DNA of 64,000 bases, from the NCBI GenBank assembly GCA_000999715.1, contig LCGL01000001.1:67139-131138 (forward strand), written 5' to 3'. The notes under the pieces were generated by a model. It was not told the origin of the DNA. It was given only the letters and a program-made list of their open reading frames with translations, and made no database searches. Within the stretch, counting starts at the first letter, position 1; each line of letters opens with the position of its first letter. The translations under genes were made by a program, and so were the position numbers. Of the stretch, positions 11,025-21,467 are shown one piece after another. The DNA is from Candidatus Falkowbacteria bacterium GW2011_GWF2_43_32. GTDB taxonomy: Bacteria; Patescibacteriota; Patescibacteriia; Patescibacteriales; UBA12465.

Positions 11025-11060
11025 ATGTTTAATGATTATGGCCGGCAATCCGGCTGTTAA

Positions 11061-14000
11061 TTATTTTTTCTCGATTCCCAGTACCAATTTAACTCCCTCG
11101 ACTTTAATTTCTTTTTTGAATTCTGCCTTTATTTCTGACACAACCTCAAGGGATGACGAAAGTGTATCGCGCAGAATATCGTTCTTCATCTTTTCAATAT
11201 CGTCGGCCATGGCCGCGTCCGCACCGGAAATATAGACGACCGCTCTATCCTGAAGATTCAAACCGGCGTCTTTGCGGAGCAAATTTACGAAACGAATTAT
11301 TTCTCGCTTGGTTCCCTCTAATTTAAGTTCGGGAGTAATTTCCGTGTCCAAATCAACCTCAATTTCTTTCCCGTCTCCAACAATATTTTCCACGGTCTGA
11401 ACATTTAACTCGTCACTCACCAAAACAGAATACTCCGGCTCCATATTAGCCGCCATTTTAACCGTGACTTTGGCCAACATTTGTCTGATCTTGATTCCGG
11501 CCGCATCGCGCTTCGCCAAGCCGAGCTCGACAATGCGACGAACCAAAGCCATCTTGTCCAAAACCGCCTGATCAGTCTTCGCCGCTCCTTTTCCGACCGG
11601 CCAAGCCTCCAGATGAACCGACTGATTTTCATCTTGAAAATCATCAGCGCTCACTTTCTGCCAAAGAGTTTCCGCCATAAACGGCATAAAGGGCGCCATC
11701 AATTTTGCCAGTTCAATTAACACGTGTTTAGTCGTCGCTAAAGCCGCTTGCTTGTCCGCCTCGTCATCGGCTTTGAAGCGATCGCGACTGCGACGCAAAT
11801 ACCAAGTGGATAATTCATCAATAAAATCCGTTATCGGCCGCATCGCTTTCGGCAGATTATAGGCTTCCAGAGCATCGGTCATTTCTTTGATAAGCAAATT
11901 CAATTTCGCCAATATCCATTGATCCAAAACATTTTTACCGGCCACGATATTTTTATTGTCTCCCGCCGACGTTGGTCCATTTTCGGCCGTCGCAAACATT
12001 TCATAAAATTTATACACGTTCCACAGAACCATGATATTTTTGCGCAGAGATTCTTGCACGCCGGCTTCGGAAAAACTCAAATTTTCCGCGGCCATCACCG
12101 GCGAAGAGGACAGATAGGCGCGTAAAGCGTCCGAGCCATATTTGTCCATAATCAAAAAAGGATCGGGGTAATTTTTCAAACGCTTGCTCATCTTTTTGCC
12201 GTCTTCAGCCAAAGCAATGCCGTTAACGATCACATTTCGAAAAGCGTGCTTGCCAAAAATGCCGCCGGCAATGACATGCAAATAATAAAACCAAGCCCGG
12301 GTTTGATCCACTCCCTCGGCGATAAATTGCGCCGGAAAATTATGATCGAATTTTTCTTTGTTTTCCGTCGGGTAATGGAGCTGAGCGAAAGGCATGGAGC
12401 CGGATTCAAACCAACAATCCAGCACGTCGGGAATACGTTTCATCTCGCCGCCGCATTTAGAACATTTAAAAGTCAGGTTATCAACTTTGTCTTTATGAAT
12501 ATCGGTAATGGTTTGGCCGGTCAATTTTTCCAATTCCTCCACCCCGCCGACAACCCGGCGTTCGCCGCAAGCGCACTCCCAAATCGGAATCGCGCTCGCC
12601 CAAAAACGCTGGCGGGAAATGGACCAATCGCGCGCCCCTTCCAACCAATTGCCGAACCGGCCTTCTTTCAAATAATCGGGCGACCAATTGATATTCTTCG
12701 CGCTTTCCAGTAATTGTTCTTTTATTTTCGTCACCCCGACAAACCAGGAAGAAGTCGCGTAATTGATTAACGGCGTTTCACAGCGCCAGCAATGCGGATA
12801 ACTATGTTCATATTTAGCTTTGGCAAATAATAAACCTTGGCCGGCCAGATATTTGATGATTTCCACATCGGTCGCCGAGTGATTGTCAATCGGCTTGACG
12901 TGGAGGTCGGGAAAATCTTTCACTTCCGGCTTGAAAACGCCGTCCATGCCGACATGTTGAACGAACGGCAAATCATTATCCTTACCGAGCCGCATATCGT
13001 CTTCGCCGAAAGCGGGCGCGATATGAACGACGCCGGTGCCCTCTTCCGTAGTCACGAAATCGGCGGCATAAATTTTCCAACCGTTAGCGTGACCGGGTAA
13101 AGTTTGGTCGGAGGAATAGTAATTGAAAAGAGGTTGATATTTTAAACCAATCAAATCCGAACCCTTGATATCTTCATGAACAATCTCAATTTCCTTATCC
13201 TTAAAAACATCAGTAATGCGTTCAGTCGCCGCAATAAATAGTTCTGGAACATCCTTAATCCTTAAGGCCGTATATTTTATATCCTTCCCTACCGCCAAGG
13301 CGACGTTGCCGATTAAAGTCCAGGGCGTAGTCGTCCAGGCTAAAATATAAGCCGTATCCTTAGTTTCTTTGCCAACGCCGTATTTCTGACCGGCCTTCAA
13401 TTTGAATTTCGCCGTTACCGACAAATCCTTAACATCCTTATAGCCTTCGCTCACTTCCGATTGCGACAAAGTCGTTTCACAACGCGGACAAATATGCATG
13501 GAGCGGTAGTCCTTATAAATCAAGCCCTTATCCCAAAGTTGCTTGATGGCCCACCAGATGGAATCCATAAAATCCAAATCCATAGTCTTATAAGCGTTTT
13601 CCATATCGGCCCAACGACCGAGCCGACGAATAACTTTCTTCCATTCGTCAACGTAAGTCAGGACGCTTTTTCGGCAGAGATCGTTGAACTTTCCGATACC
13701 AAGAGCCACAATTTCCTTTTTGGTCTTCGTGCCCAATTCTTTTTCCACGATATTCTCCACCGGCAAACCGTGACAATCCCAACCCCATTTTCGATCGACA
13801 TGATAACCGCGCATGGTTTGATAACGCGGCACGATATCCTTCATTACGTTGGCGACGATATGACCGTAATGCGGCGTACCGGTCGCAAAAGGCGGCCCGT
13901 CATAAAAGACATAGTCGCCTTGCGGAGAATCTTTGCTCAAAGATTTATTGAAAATATCCGCGCTTTCCCAAAATTTCAAAACATCCTCTTCTCTTTCCGG

Positions 14001-14069
14001 AAAAGACCGATTTATTGTCGCCGTCGAATTATCATTTTGATTGGCTTGATTATTCTGCTCGTCAGACAT
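11061..14069 (-). CDS. ileS: Isoleucine--tRNA ligase (type 2)
   Basis: DGPPFATGTPHYGH, GWDCHGLP, WTTTPWT, KMSKR. Confidence 0.97.
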   Translation of the reverse strand: MSDEQNNQANQNDNSTATINRSFPEREEDVLKFWESADIFNKSLSKDSPQGDYVFYDGPPFATGTPHYGHIVANVMKDIVPRYQTMRGYHVDRKWGWDCHGLPVENIVEKELGTKTKKEIVALGIGKFNDLCRKSVLTYVDEWKKVIRRLGRWADMENAYKTMDLDFMDSIWWAIKQLWDKGLIYKDYRSMHICPRCETTLSQSEVSEGYKDVKDLSVTAKFKLKAGQKYGVGKETKDTAYILAWTTTPWTLIGNVALAVGKDIKYTALRIKDVPELFIAATERITDVFKDKEIEIVHEDIKGSDLIGLKYQPLFNYYSSDQTLPGHANGWKIYAADFVTTEEGTGVVHIAPAFGEDDMRLGKDNDLPFVQHVGMDGVFKPEVKDFPDLHVKPIDNHSATDVEIIKYLAGQGLLFAKAKYEHSYPHCWRCETPLINYATSSWFVGVTKIKEQLLESAKNINWSPDYLKEGRFGNWLEGARDWSISRQRFWASAIPIWECACGERRVVGGVEELEKLTGQTITDIHKDKVDNLTFKCSKCGGEMKRIPDVLDCWFESGSMPFAQLHYPTENKEKFDHNFPAQFIAEGVDQTRAWFYYLHVIAGGIFGKHAFRNVIVNGIALAEDGKKMSKRLKNYPDPFLIMDKYGSDALRAYLSSSPVMAAENLSFSEAGVQESLRKNIMVLWNVYKFYEMFATAENGPTSAGDNKNIVAGKNVLDQWILAKLNLLIKEMTDALEAYNLPKAMRPITDFIDELSTWYLRRSRDRFKADDEADKQAALATTKHVLIELAKLMAPFMPFMAETLWQKVSADDFQDENQSVHLEAWPVGKGAAKTDQAVLDKMALVRRIVELGLAKRDAAGIKIRQMLAKVTVKMAANMEPEYSVLVSDELNVQTVENIVGDGKEIEVDLDTEITPELKLEGTKREIIRFVNLLRKDAGLNLQDRAVVYISGADAAMADDIEKMKNDILRDTLSSSLEVVSEIKAEFKKEIKVEGVKLVLGIEKK

Positions 14070-14086
14070 AAAGTAAATAATTAATT

Positions 14087-14566
14087 TTATTCTTTATCTT
14101 TTTTATCTTTATTTCTAAACGTATCCATATTTCGAGACGGATCAATATCGCCCATCACATCTTTGTCGCCGCTGTACACTTCGGCCATTATTTCCTCCCA
14201 ACTTTTAGACGAACGGGTGGCAGAATCTTTTTGCTTGGCTTTTTTTGGCGCCGGGGCCGGTTTACGACCGGCTGGCGTTTGACGTAATTTTTTAATTTTC
14301 TCGTTTTTCAAGCGTTGGCCGCGCGTTGCTAAATCTGCTTCAAATCTTTCCCGATTGGCGACATCTTCCGCAAAAATCCGATCCGCTTCTTGCCTCTGCC
14401 ATTCTTCATCCCGATCTTCTTCCCAAGGATCAGTTTTTTCCGCCGTCTTCTCGACTTCCGCCTCCAAGTTTTCTTTGTCGACGGCCGAATTCTCGGTCGC
14501 TTCCGACCGCCTGGTCGCTTTGTCTCCGTCATCCGGAAAATTAATTTTTAAATTTTCCCAACTCAT
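14087..14566 (-). CDS. Hypothetical highly charged protein
   Basis: Fills the secA-ileS gap on the operon strand; acidic then basic low complexity. Confidence 0.65.
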   Translation of the reverse strand: MSWENLKINFPDDGDKATRRSEATENSAVDKENLEAEVEKTAEKTDPWEEDRDEEWQRQEADRIFAEDVANRERFEADLATRGQRLKNEKIKKLRQTPAGRKPAPAPKKAKQKDSATRSSKSWEEIMAEVYSGDKDVMGDIDPSRNMDTFRNKDKKDKE

Positions 14567-14587
14567 ATGTTTAATGATTAAATAATT

Positions 14588-17314
14588 TTATTTCCCGCAA
14601 CATTTTTTATATTTTTGACCGCTACCGCAGGGACAGAGGTCATTTCGCCCGACCTTGTCGCCGCTCTCGTCTTTCATCTTTTCATGAACCAAATCAACCG
14701 TATTGCGTCCGCCGGCTTGTTTGTGCATTTCCTTGGCCGCACCGGAAAATTCCAAATTCCGCGTCGGTCGGTCGGCAAACATTTTCACTTCGCGATCGGC
14801 CGCCATCATCAAAGCGTCGCCGGTTTTATAAATGGAATAAACCACCTGTTTATTAATCAAATCATTCAATTCTTGATACAAACGGTATGCTTCTTTCTTA
14901 TACTCCACCAAGGGATCGCGTTGTCCGTAGCCGCGCAAACCGATGCCGCGGCGCAAATAATCCACGGTTTCCAGATGCTCCACCCACATTTCGTCCAAAG
15001 AACGAATTAAAAGACCCCTTTCCACTTCCCGAAAATCCAGACCGGCCGTTTTAAAATTATCGCCCAAAGTCGCATATTTTTTTTCCGCTTCGGTTGTCAG
15101 ATAAGCGATCATGTCCGCTTGAATAAGTTCATTTTTCTTGCCGGACTTAACCAAGTCCTCCAGTTGCGAACGCGTCTCCTCGGTAGCGGTCCAAATCGTC
15201 CGGACGGTTTCATATATTTCTTTCAGGTCCCAATCATCCAGACTGTCGGCCGCGGTATGAAAACCGACAACATTGGCGACGGTCGCGCACACCATGTTTA
15301 AAATAATATCCGTCAAAGATCGAGAAACATTTGGCTCCGCTTGTTCGGCTTGCTTGGCTTGCTCGGCAATTTCAATAATTTCCCGACGACGTTTATAAAT
15401 GGCCGTCCGATGTTTGTTGATTACGTCATCATATTCCACCAAATGTTTTCTGATATCAAAATTATTCCCTTCCACTTTTTTCTGAGCGCTTTCGATAGAA
15501 CGGGAAATTAATTTATTTTGAATCGGCATATCGACCGGAACGTTCATGGTTTTCATCAAATTTTTCATCCGATCGCCGCCAAAAATTCTCATCAAATCGT
15601 CCTCGGTGGAAACATAAAATTGCGAAGACCCCGGATCGCCTTGGCGTCCGGCACGACCGCGCAACTGGTTATCAATCCGTCGCGATTCATGACGCTCGGT
15701 GCCGATAACATGCAAACCGCCCAAATTGCGAACTTTTTCCTGTTCGGCGGCCACGGGCGGATTCCCTCCCAAAATAATATCCACACCGCGACCGGCCATA
15801 TTGGTCGCCAAAGTAATCGCTCCTTCCCGACCGGCTTGAGCGATTATCTCCGCTTCTTTCTGATGGTTTTTGGCATTCAATAAATTCGGTTTCAAACCTT
15901 CGCGCATCATCAATTCCGCCAAAATTTCATTTTTCTCGATGGAAATGGTGCCGACTAAAATCGGCTGACCCTGCTTGTTTCTTTCTTTGATATCGCGAAT
16001 GACCGCCTGAAATTTATCCAACTCCGTGCGATAAATAAAATCATTATTGTCCAAACGAATGTTCGGCTTATTGGTCGGGATAACGATCGTTTCTAATTTA
16101 TAAATCTTATGAAACTCCTCCGCTTCGGTTACGGCCGTACCGGTCATACCGGATAATTTATCGTACATGCGGAATAAATTTTGGAAAGTGATCGTCGCCA
16201 TGGTCTGCGATTCTTTTTGCACCTTAACGCCTTCTTTGGCTTCAATCGCTTGATGCAGGCCCTCGCTATAACGCCGTCCCGGCATCATGCGGCCGGTGAA
16301 CTCGTCAACGATAATAATTTCTCCGTCTTTGACCACATAATCTTTGTCGCGTTTGAACAAAACCCGCGCTTTCAAGGCTTGCTCCAAATGATGGACCTCT
16401 TTAACGCCGCCGGCCACATAAATATTTCCCAAACCGAGAATTTTTTCCACTTTATTGATGCCGTTTTCGGTCAAAGTGGCCGCTTTCATTTTTTCGTCGA
16501 CATTGTAATCTTCATTTTCTTCCAAGTGCTGGACAATCTGAGAAAATTTAAAATATTTGTCGGTTGATTCTTCGGCCGGCGCGCTGATAATCAACGGCGT
16601 TCGCGCTTCATCGATCAAAATGGAGTCTATTTCGTCCACAATCGCGTAACGCAAAGACCGTTGCACCGTCTGTTCTAAAGTATAAACCATGTTATCGCGC
16701 AAATAATCAAAACCGAATTCGTTATTGGTGCCATAGGTGATATCGCAATAATAAGCGTCCCGACGCGGAACTTTTTTAAAATGTTTTAAACGATCGTCAT
16801 ATTGTTCTTCGTCAATATATGCCGGATCATAAACATAAGCGCTGTCATGAACGATTACGCCGGTCGTCAATCCCAAAGCATAATAAACCGGCGCCATCCA
16901 ACCGGCGCCCAAACGAGCCAAATAATCGTTGACCGTAATCAAATGAACGCCTTTCTCTTCCAGGGCATTCAAATACAAAGGCAAGGTCGCCACCAAGGTT
17001 TTACCTTCACCGGTTTTCATTTCCGCAATCTGACCGCGATGCAAAACCAAACCGCCGATCAATTGAACGTCAAAATGCCGTTGATTCAAAATTCGGCGCG
17101 CCGCTTCTCTGACCGTCGCGAAAGCTTCCGGCAAAATATCGTCAAGCGATTGACCGTCGGCCAAACGCTTCTTGAATTCCGCGGTTTTTGTCCGCAACTC
17201 TTCCGGGCTCAATTTTTGCAAACCCGGCTCAAAACTGCCTATTTGTTCGATTGTAGGCCGCATCGCTTTAATTATTTTTTCATTGGGATCGCCGAATAAA
17301 TTCAAAAAATTCAT
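14588..17314 (-). CDS. secA: Preprotein translocase subunit SecA
   Basis: MKTGEGKT, DEIDSILIDEARTPLIIS, C-terminal SEC-C (CPCGSG.KYKKCC). Confidence 0.98.
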   Translation of the reverse strand: MNFLNLFGDPNEKIIKAMRPTIEQIGSFEPGLQKLSPEELRTKTAEFKKRLADGQSLDDILPEAFATVREAARRILNQRHFDVQLIGGLVLHRGQIAEMKTGEGKTLVATLPLYLNALEEKGVHLITVNDYLARLGAGWMAPVYYALGLTTGVIVHDSAYVYDPAYIDEEQYDDRLKHFKKVPRRDAYYCDITYGTNNEFGFDYLRDNMVYTLEQTVQRSLRYAIVDEIDSILIDEARTPLIISAPAEESTDKYFKFSQIVQHLEENEDYNVDEKMKAATLTENGINKVEKILGLGNIYVAGGVKEVHHLEQALKARVLFKRDKDYVVKDGEIIIVDEFTGRMMPGRRYSEGLHQAIEAKEGVKVQKESQTMATITFQNLFRMYDKLSGMTGTAVTEAEEFHKIYKLETIVIPTNKPNIRLDNNDFIYRTELDKFQAVIRDIKERNKQGQPILVGTISIEKNEILAELMMREGLKPNLLNAKNHQKEAEIIAQAGREGAITLATNMAGRGVDIILGGNPPVAAEQEKVRNLGGLHVIGTERHESRRIDNQLRGRAGRQGDPGSSQFYVSTEDDLMRIFGGDRMKNLMKTMNVPVDMPIQNKLISRSIESAQKKVEGNNFDIRKHLVEYDDVINKHRTAIYKRRREIIEIAEQAKQAEQAEPNVSRSLTDIILNMVCATVANVVGFHTAADSLDDWDLKEIYETVRTIWTATEETRSQLEDLVKSGKKNELIQADMIAYLTTEAEKKYATLGDNFKTAGLDFREVERGLLIRSLDEMWVEHLETVDYLRRGIGLRGYGQRDPLVEYKKEAYRLYQELNDLINKQVVYSIYKTGDALMMAADREVKMFADRPTRNLEFSGAAKEMHKQAGGRNTVDLVHEKMKDESGDKVGRNDLCPCGSGQKYKKCCGK

Positions 17315-17499
17315 ATCATTTTAATAATTTACCTGATATTACATAAAATAAACCAAAACAAAACAAGCTTTAGCTCTAACATTAGTATAATACGTATTGA
17401 CGATTAAATAAATATTGACTGATACATAAAAAAATGCCAAAAGGCTCCGTCAAATAAACGGAGCCTCTCTTTATAATCATCCGCTCGTCACGAGCGGTT

Positions 17500-18474
17500 T
17501 TAATGGGCGTGATTATCCACTTCATATTTGGTGTTCTGCGCTTCAAAAAAATTGACGAGTTCCAAAGTATCGGTTTCGGTCGCCATCCATTGCGCCGGAT
17601 TGGCGTCATGAAAATGAGGTTCAAAGCCCAGCTCTTCCAAGCGCCGATCGGCGATGTAGCGAACATACTGATTGACATAATCGGCGTTGATGCCGGAAAT
17701 GCCGCGCGGAAACAAATCTTTATTGTAAGCGTTTTCCAATTGAACGCCTTCAATGACAATCTGTTTTATTTCCTCGGCAAATTCAGTCGTGGCAATTTCC
17801 GGGTTCTCTTCCAGAATGGTCAAAATGAGATTCAAGCCGAACTTGAGATGCAAACTTTCATCGCGCACGACCCAGTCCACCATAGAAGCGAAATTTTTCA
17901 ATTGCTGTTTTTGGCGAAAACTGAGGGCCACCATGAAACCGCTGTAAAACCAAATGCCTTCCATGACAATATTGAAGGCCACCAAATTTCGCACCAAATC
18001 CTGTTTGCCGGCGGCACTCTCAATGTCCAAATTTTCCGTCATCCGTCCCAAATATTTGGCGATGAAAGCTTCCTTGGCTTTAATGGACGGAGTTTCCAAG
18101 TGAACATTGAAAGCTTTATCTTTATCCAGAGGAAAAGTTTCCAAAACATATTCAAAAGCCTGACAATGATTGGCCTCCTCCCACATTTGCTTGGCCAAAT
18201 ACAGATGCGCTTCCGGCGCTTTCAAATAAGGATAAACGCCCAAAGCCAAGGAGCGATTGACAATCAGTTCGGCCGGGTTGAAAAAGCTCATCAAAAAACT
18301 GACGGCATGCTTCTCGTCTTCGCTCATCTTTTTGAAATCTTCCAAATCTTCGCCCAAAGCGATTTCATGCGGAAACCAAGTATTGGCGACGGCTTGATTA
18401 TACAAATCATATGCCCACTGATAATGAATGGGCCGAAGATTCATGTCTTCTTCCAAAGGTTTTCCTAAAATCAT
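17500..18474 (-). CDS. nrdB: Ribonucleotide reductase small subunit, class Ic (R2c)-like
   Basis: EEANH, EGIWFYSGF, RDESLH ligands; FFNPAE and Phe at the radical-Tyr position. Confidence 0.9.
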   Translation of the reverse strand: MILGKPLEEDMNLRPIHYQWAYDLYNQAVANTWFPHEIALGEDLEDFKKMSEDEKHAVSFLMSFFNPAELIVNRSLALGVYPYLKAPEAHLYLAKQMWEEANHCQAFEYVLETFPLDKDKAFNVHLETPSIKAKEAFIAKYLGRMTENLDIESAAGKQDLVRNLVAFNIVMEGIWFYSGFMVALSFRQKQQLKNFASMVDWVVRDESLHLKFGLNLILTILEENPEIATTEFAEEIKQIVIEGVQLENAYNKDLFPRGISGINADYVNQYVRYIADRRLEELGFEPHFHDANPAQWMATETDTLELVNFFEAQNTKYEVDNHAH

Positions 18475-18510
18475 ATGATTAAAATTAAAATTTATAATAC
18501 CAATTTATAG

Positions 18511-20928
18511 CTACTGGCAACTCTCGCACAAAAGACGCTCCTGCGGATCCAACGGACAAGACTCGGACGGCATCTCGGCCGCCACCGCCTTGACCAGCGT
18601 CGCTCCGAAACCGCGCTTGCCCAAAGAAGTCGCCTTATTCACTTTGACCGTACTCTGCTCGGCGCTATGCCGCGGCTTCATATGCAGATAATAAGTGGTT
18701 TTCAAACCGCTGTTCCAAGCGGCCAAATACAAATTCATAATCGTTGCTATTTCCCGCGTCGCCAAATACATATTGCGGCTAATCGCTTGATCCACCCATT
18801 TTTGCGCGCGCGCCGCCACTTCTATAAAGGCTTCCGGACGAACCGAAAAAGAATCTTTAAAAATTTCCCGAATCGTTTCGGGAATATAATCCAAATGACC
18901 GATATCGCCGTAAGCGGACAAAATATCGGCTCTGGCTTTTTCCCATAACTGCAAAGCTTTCAAGCGCGCCACCAAATTATTGTTTAATTCCAAATGTTTT
19001 CCTCCCAGAGTGTTGCGGCTGAAAATTTGCGCGAAGCGCGGATCGATGCCGGTGGAAGTGCCGGCCACCAAACCGATATTGGCGGTCGGAGCGATGGCCA
19101 ATAAAGTGGAATTGCGCATGCCCTTTTGCGTGCGCAGACGCAATTTTTCCCAATCCAATTTTGTCCGTCGGCTAACCGACAATTTTTGACCGCGGTTTTT
19201 TTCCAACATCGCCAAAGTGTCAAACGGCAAATATCCCTGTTCCCAACGCGAGCCCATAAATTGCGAATAGGCGCCGCGTTCGGCGGCTAAATCGGCGCTG
19301 GCCGAAATCGCCTCGTAACTGATAAATTCCATCACCTCGTCGGTCAATTCGGCCGCGGCCGCCGAGTCATAAGGCATTTCCAAACGCTCAAATAAATCGG
19401 CCAAACCCATGACACCGAGACCGAGGGCGCGATTATGACTGTCAAAATTGACGGCTTCGGGAACCGGCGGCTCATTGATATCCACCAGATTGTCCAAACT
19501 GCGAATCGCCAAACGAACGCTGGCGCTCAACTTTTCCCAAGCGATTTGTTTTTTGTCCACATGACGGGCCAGATTAACGGAAGCGAGATTGCAAACGGCG
19601 ACATTGCCGCGATTGGCCGGCAAAGTTATTTCCGTGCATAAATTGGAACCGTAAATCGTACCGGTGTTGTTATTCAAAGCGCGCACGTTAATCGCGTCCT
19701 TAAAAGTCAACCAAGGATGGGCGCTGGCCTGCAAAGAAACGATAATTTGACGGAATTGATCCAAGGCTTTAATTTTTTTAAAAGTTCGCATCTTGCCCGC
19801 CTCCGCCAAAGAACAATATTCCCGATAACGACGACCGAAAGCTTCGCCGTAAAGCTCCACCAAATCGGGCGTGTCGGCCGGATCGAACAAATACCAATCG
19901 GCATCCGCTTGAACACGCGCCATAAATTCATCGGATAAATAAACGGCGATATTGGCCGTTCGCGTACGACGGTAATCGTCGCCGGCGTTTTGTTTCAAAT
20001 CGACGTATTCCTGAAAATCAAGATGCCAATTTTCCATATAGAAACAGAGCGCGCCCATTTTTTTGCCGGCCCGGGAAATCGCCCGAATGGAGGAATCGAT
20101 AATATGAAGAAAAGGAATCGGCCCGGAAGAAAAAGTGTTGTTGGTGGAAATCGGCGAACCGCTGGCGCGCAATTTGGTGACCGACAAACCGATGCCGCCG
20201 GTGGCTTTGGATAATTTCAAAACATCGGCCACCGTTTTGCCGATATGTTCAATATCGTCTTCCATGTCCATAATAAAGCAATTGCTCAAACGCGGTTTGG
20301 CCGAACCGGCGTTGACGTTCGTCGAGCCGCCGGGGACATATTCCAAGCGCGACATTTTATCGTAAAACTGCGCGGCAATCTCGTCCGGTCGACTTTCGTT
20401 CCAAGACAGCCCCATCGCCACGCGCAACCAAAAATATTGCGGCAATTCCAAGAGCCGTTGTTGTTTGTCTCGCATCATGTAACGACGAGCCAGCGTTTCC
20501 AGTCCGGCGAAAGTAAACAGGTCGTCGCGTTCAAAATCGGCTTGAGCGATTAATTTTTCCCAAGTGAATTTTTCCAATTTTGAAGACAGCCAACCGGCTT
20601 TTACTCCGGTCGCCAAGTTCTCCCGAAAATGAGAACGATAACGATCCAAAAATTCCGGCTGTCCGCTATCCAAACCCAAGACTTCCCGATATAAGCTGTT
20701 CAACAGCAAGCGGGCCGACAAGCGATCGTAAATCGGATCGTCTTTGATGTGCTGACTGGCGGCGCGCATGACCACCTTATCCAATTCGGCCTCCGATATG
20801 CCTTCATAAACCATCAGGGCCGCCTCTTTGGCAATACTTTCCAGAATCTCCGGAACAATCGGCAATTTTTCCAAATTGCCGAAACCGGCAACGGCCAAGT
20901 CCAATTTGGCGGTGATTTTAGTATTCAT
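18511..20928 (-). CDS. nrdA: Ribonucleoside-diphosphate reductase large subunit
   Basis: SNCF, SNLCTEI, VCNLAS, APTA, KTTYY, C-terminal CESCQ. Confidence 0.96.
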   Translation of the reverse strand: MNTKITAKLDLAVAGFGNLEKLPIVPEILESIAKEAALMVYEGISEAELDKVVMRAASQHIKDDPIYDRLSARLLLNSLYREVLGLDSGQPEFLDRYRSHFRENLATGVKAGWLSSKLEKFTWEKLIAQADFERDDLFTFAGLETLARRYMMRDKQQRLLELPQYFWLRVAMGLSWNESRPDEIAAQFYDKMSRLEYVPGGSTNVNAGSAKPRLSNCFIMDMEDDIEHIGKTVADVLKLSKATGGIGLSVTKLRASGSPISTNNTFSSGPIPFLHIIDSSIRAISRAGKKMGALCFYMENWHLDFQEYVDLKQNAGDDYRRTRTANIAVYLSDEFMARVQADADWYLFDPADTPDLVELYGEAFGRRYREYCSLAEAGKMRTFKKIKALDQFRQIIVSLQASAHPWLTFKDAINVRALNNNTGTIYGSNLCTEITLPANRGNVAVCNLASVNLARHVDKKQIAWEKLSASVRLAIRSLDNLVDINEPPVPEAVNFDSHNRALGLGVMGLADLFERLEMPYDSAAAAELTDEVMEFISYEAISASADLAAERGAYSQFMGSRWEQGYLPFDTLAMLEKNRGQKLSVSRRTKLDWEKLRLRTQKGMRNSTLLAIAPTANIGLVAGTSTGIDPRFAQIFSRNTLGGKHLELNNNLVARLKALQLWEKARADILSAYGDIGHLDYIPETIREIFKDSFSVRPEAFIEVAARAQKWVDQAISRNMYLATREIATIMNLYLAAWNSGLKTTYYLHMKPRHSAEQSTVKVNKATSLGKRGFGATLVKAVAAEMPSESCPLDPQERLLCESCQ

Positions 20929-20975
20929 AAAAAATAAATTAAATTTAAAGGCCTAAAAAGGAATTTGCGCCTATT

Positions 20976-21021
20976 TAGCCTATATTGTGGTTGAATAAGC
21001 TTTATTATACCATATGTTGTA
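20976..21021. promoter_or_regulatory. Tandem NrdR boxes overlapping the nrdA extended -10 promoter
   Basis: ATACCATATGTTGTA (21007-21021) and weaker TAGCCTATATTGTGG (20976-20990), 31 bp apart; TGGTATAAT on the minus strand. Confidence 0.65.
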
Positions 21022-21068
21022 TATGGGCGCAATAAGCAAAAACCCCTTAAAAATCGCCATTACCTTAA

Positions 21069-21096
21069 AAAAATCCGCCGGAGAGGCGGATTTATT
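21069..21096 (-). terminator. Intrinsic terminator after hpf
   Basis: AAATCCGCC-ggaga-GGCGGATTT hairpin with A/T flanks. Confidence 0.7.
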
Positions 21097-21118
21097 TTTA
21101 TAACTGTGGATAAATAAA

Positions 21119-21448
21119 TTAATTCTTTTTTTTCTTCCGTTGATCGACCATTTTTTCTTTATATTTTTTGATAATCAGCTCTAAATGGTCTTTGACTTTA
21201 TCTATCGCCTTATACATATCGGCTTCGGTCTTCTCAACGCGCAAAATTTTGCGCGGCACTCGCAAATTCACTTCCGCCCGAAAAATTTCTCCCTTATTCT
21301 GACCACCGACGGCTTTCTCGATTTCACAATCGCAATTCAGCACCTTGATTCCTCCCAAATATTTCTCCACCATATCCATTTTCTCCTGAAAATAGTCGCG
21401 AATGGCGGCCGTCAATTCTAAACGAGTGGATTTGATTCTGATTTGCAT
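21119..21448 (-). CDS. raiA: Ribosome hibernation promoting factor (HPF/RaiA)
   Basis: LELTAAIRDY, DMYKAID..D.L....KYKEK. Confidence 0.9.
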   Translation of the reverse strand: MQIRIKSTRLELTAAIRDYFQEKMDMVEKYLGGIKVLNCDCEIEKAVGGQNKGEIFRAEVNLRVPRKILRVEKTEADMYKAIDKVKDHLELIIKKYKEKMVDQRKKKKN

Positions 21449-21467
21449 AGATTTGAAAGATTAACTG

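Noticed and set aside
17503..18468. 321-aa plus-strand ORF
   Set aside because: Antisense shadow of nrdB with no motifs; similar shadows overlie secA, ileS, the SPFH gene and others.
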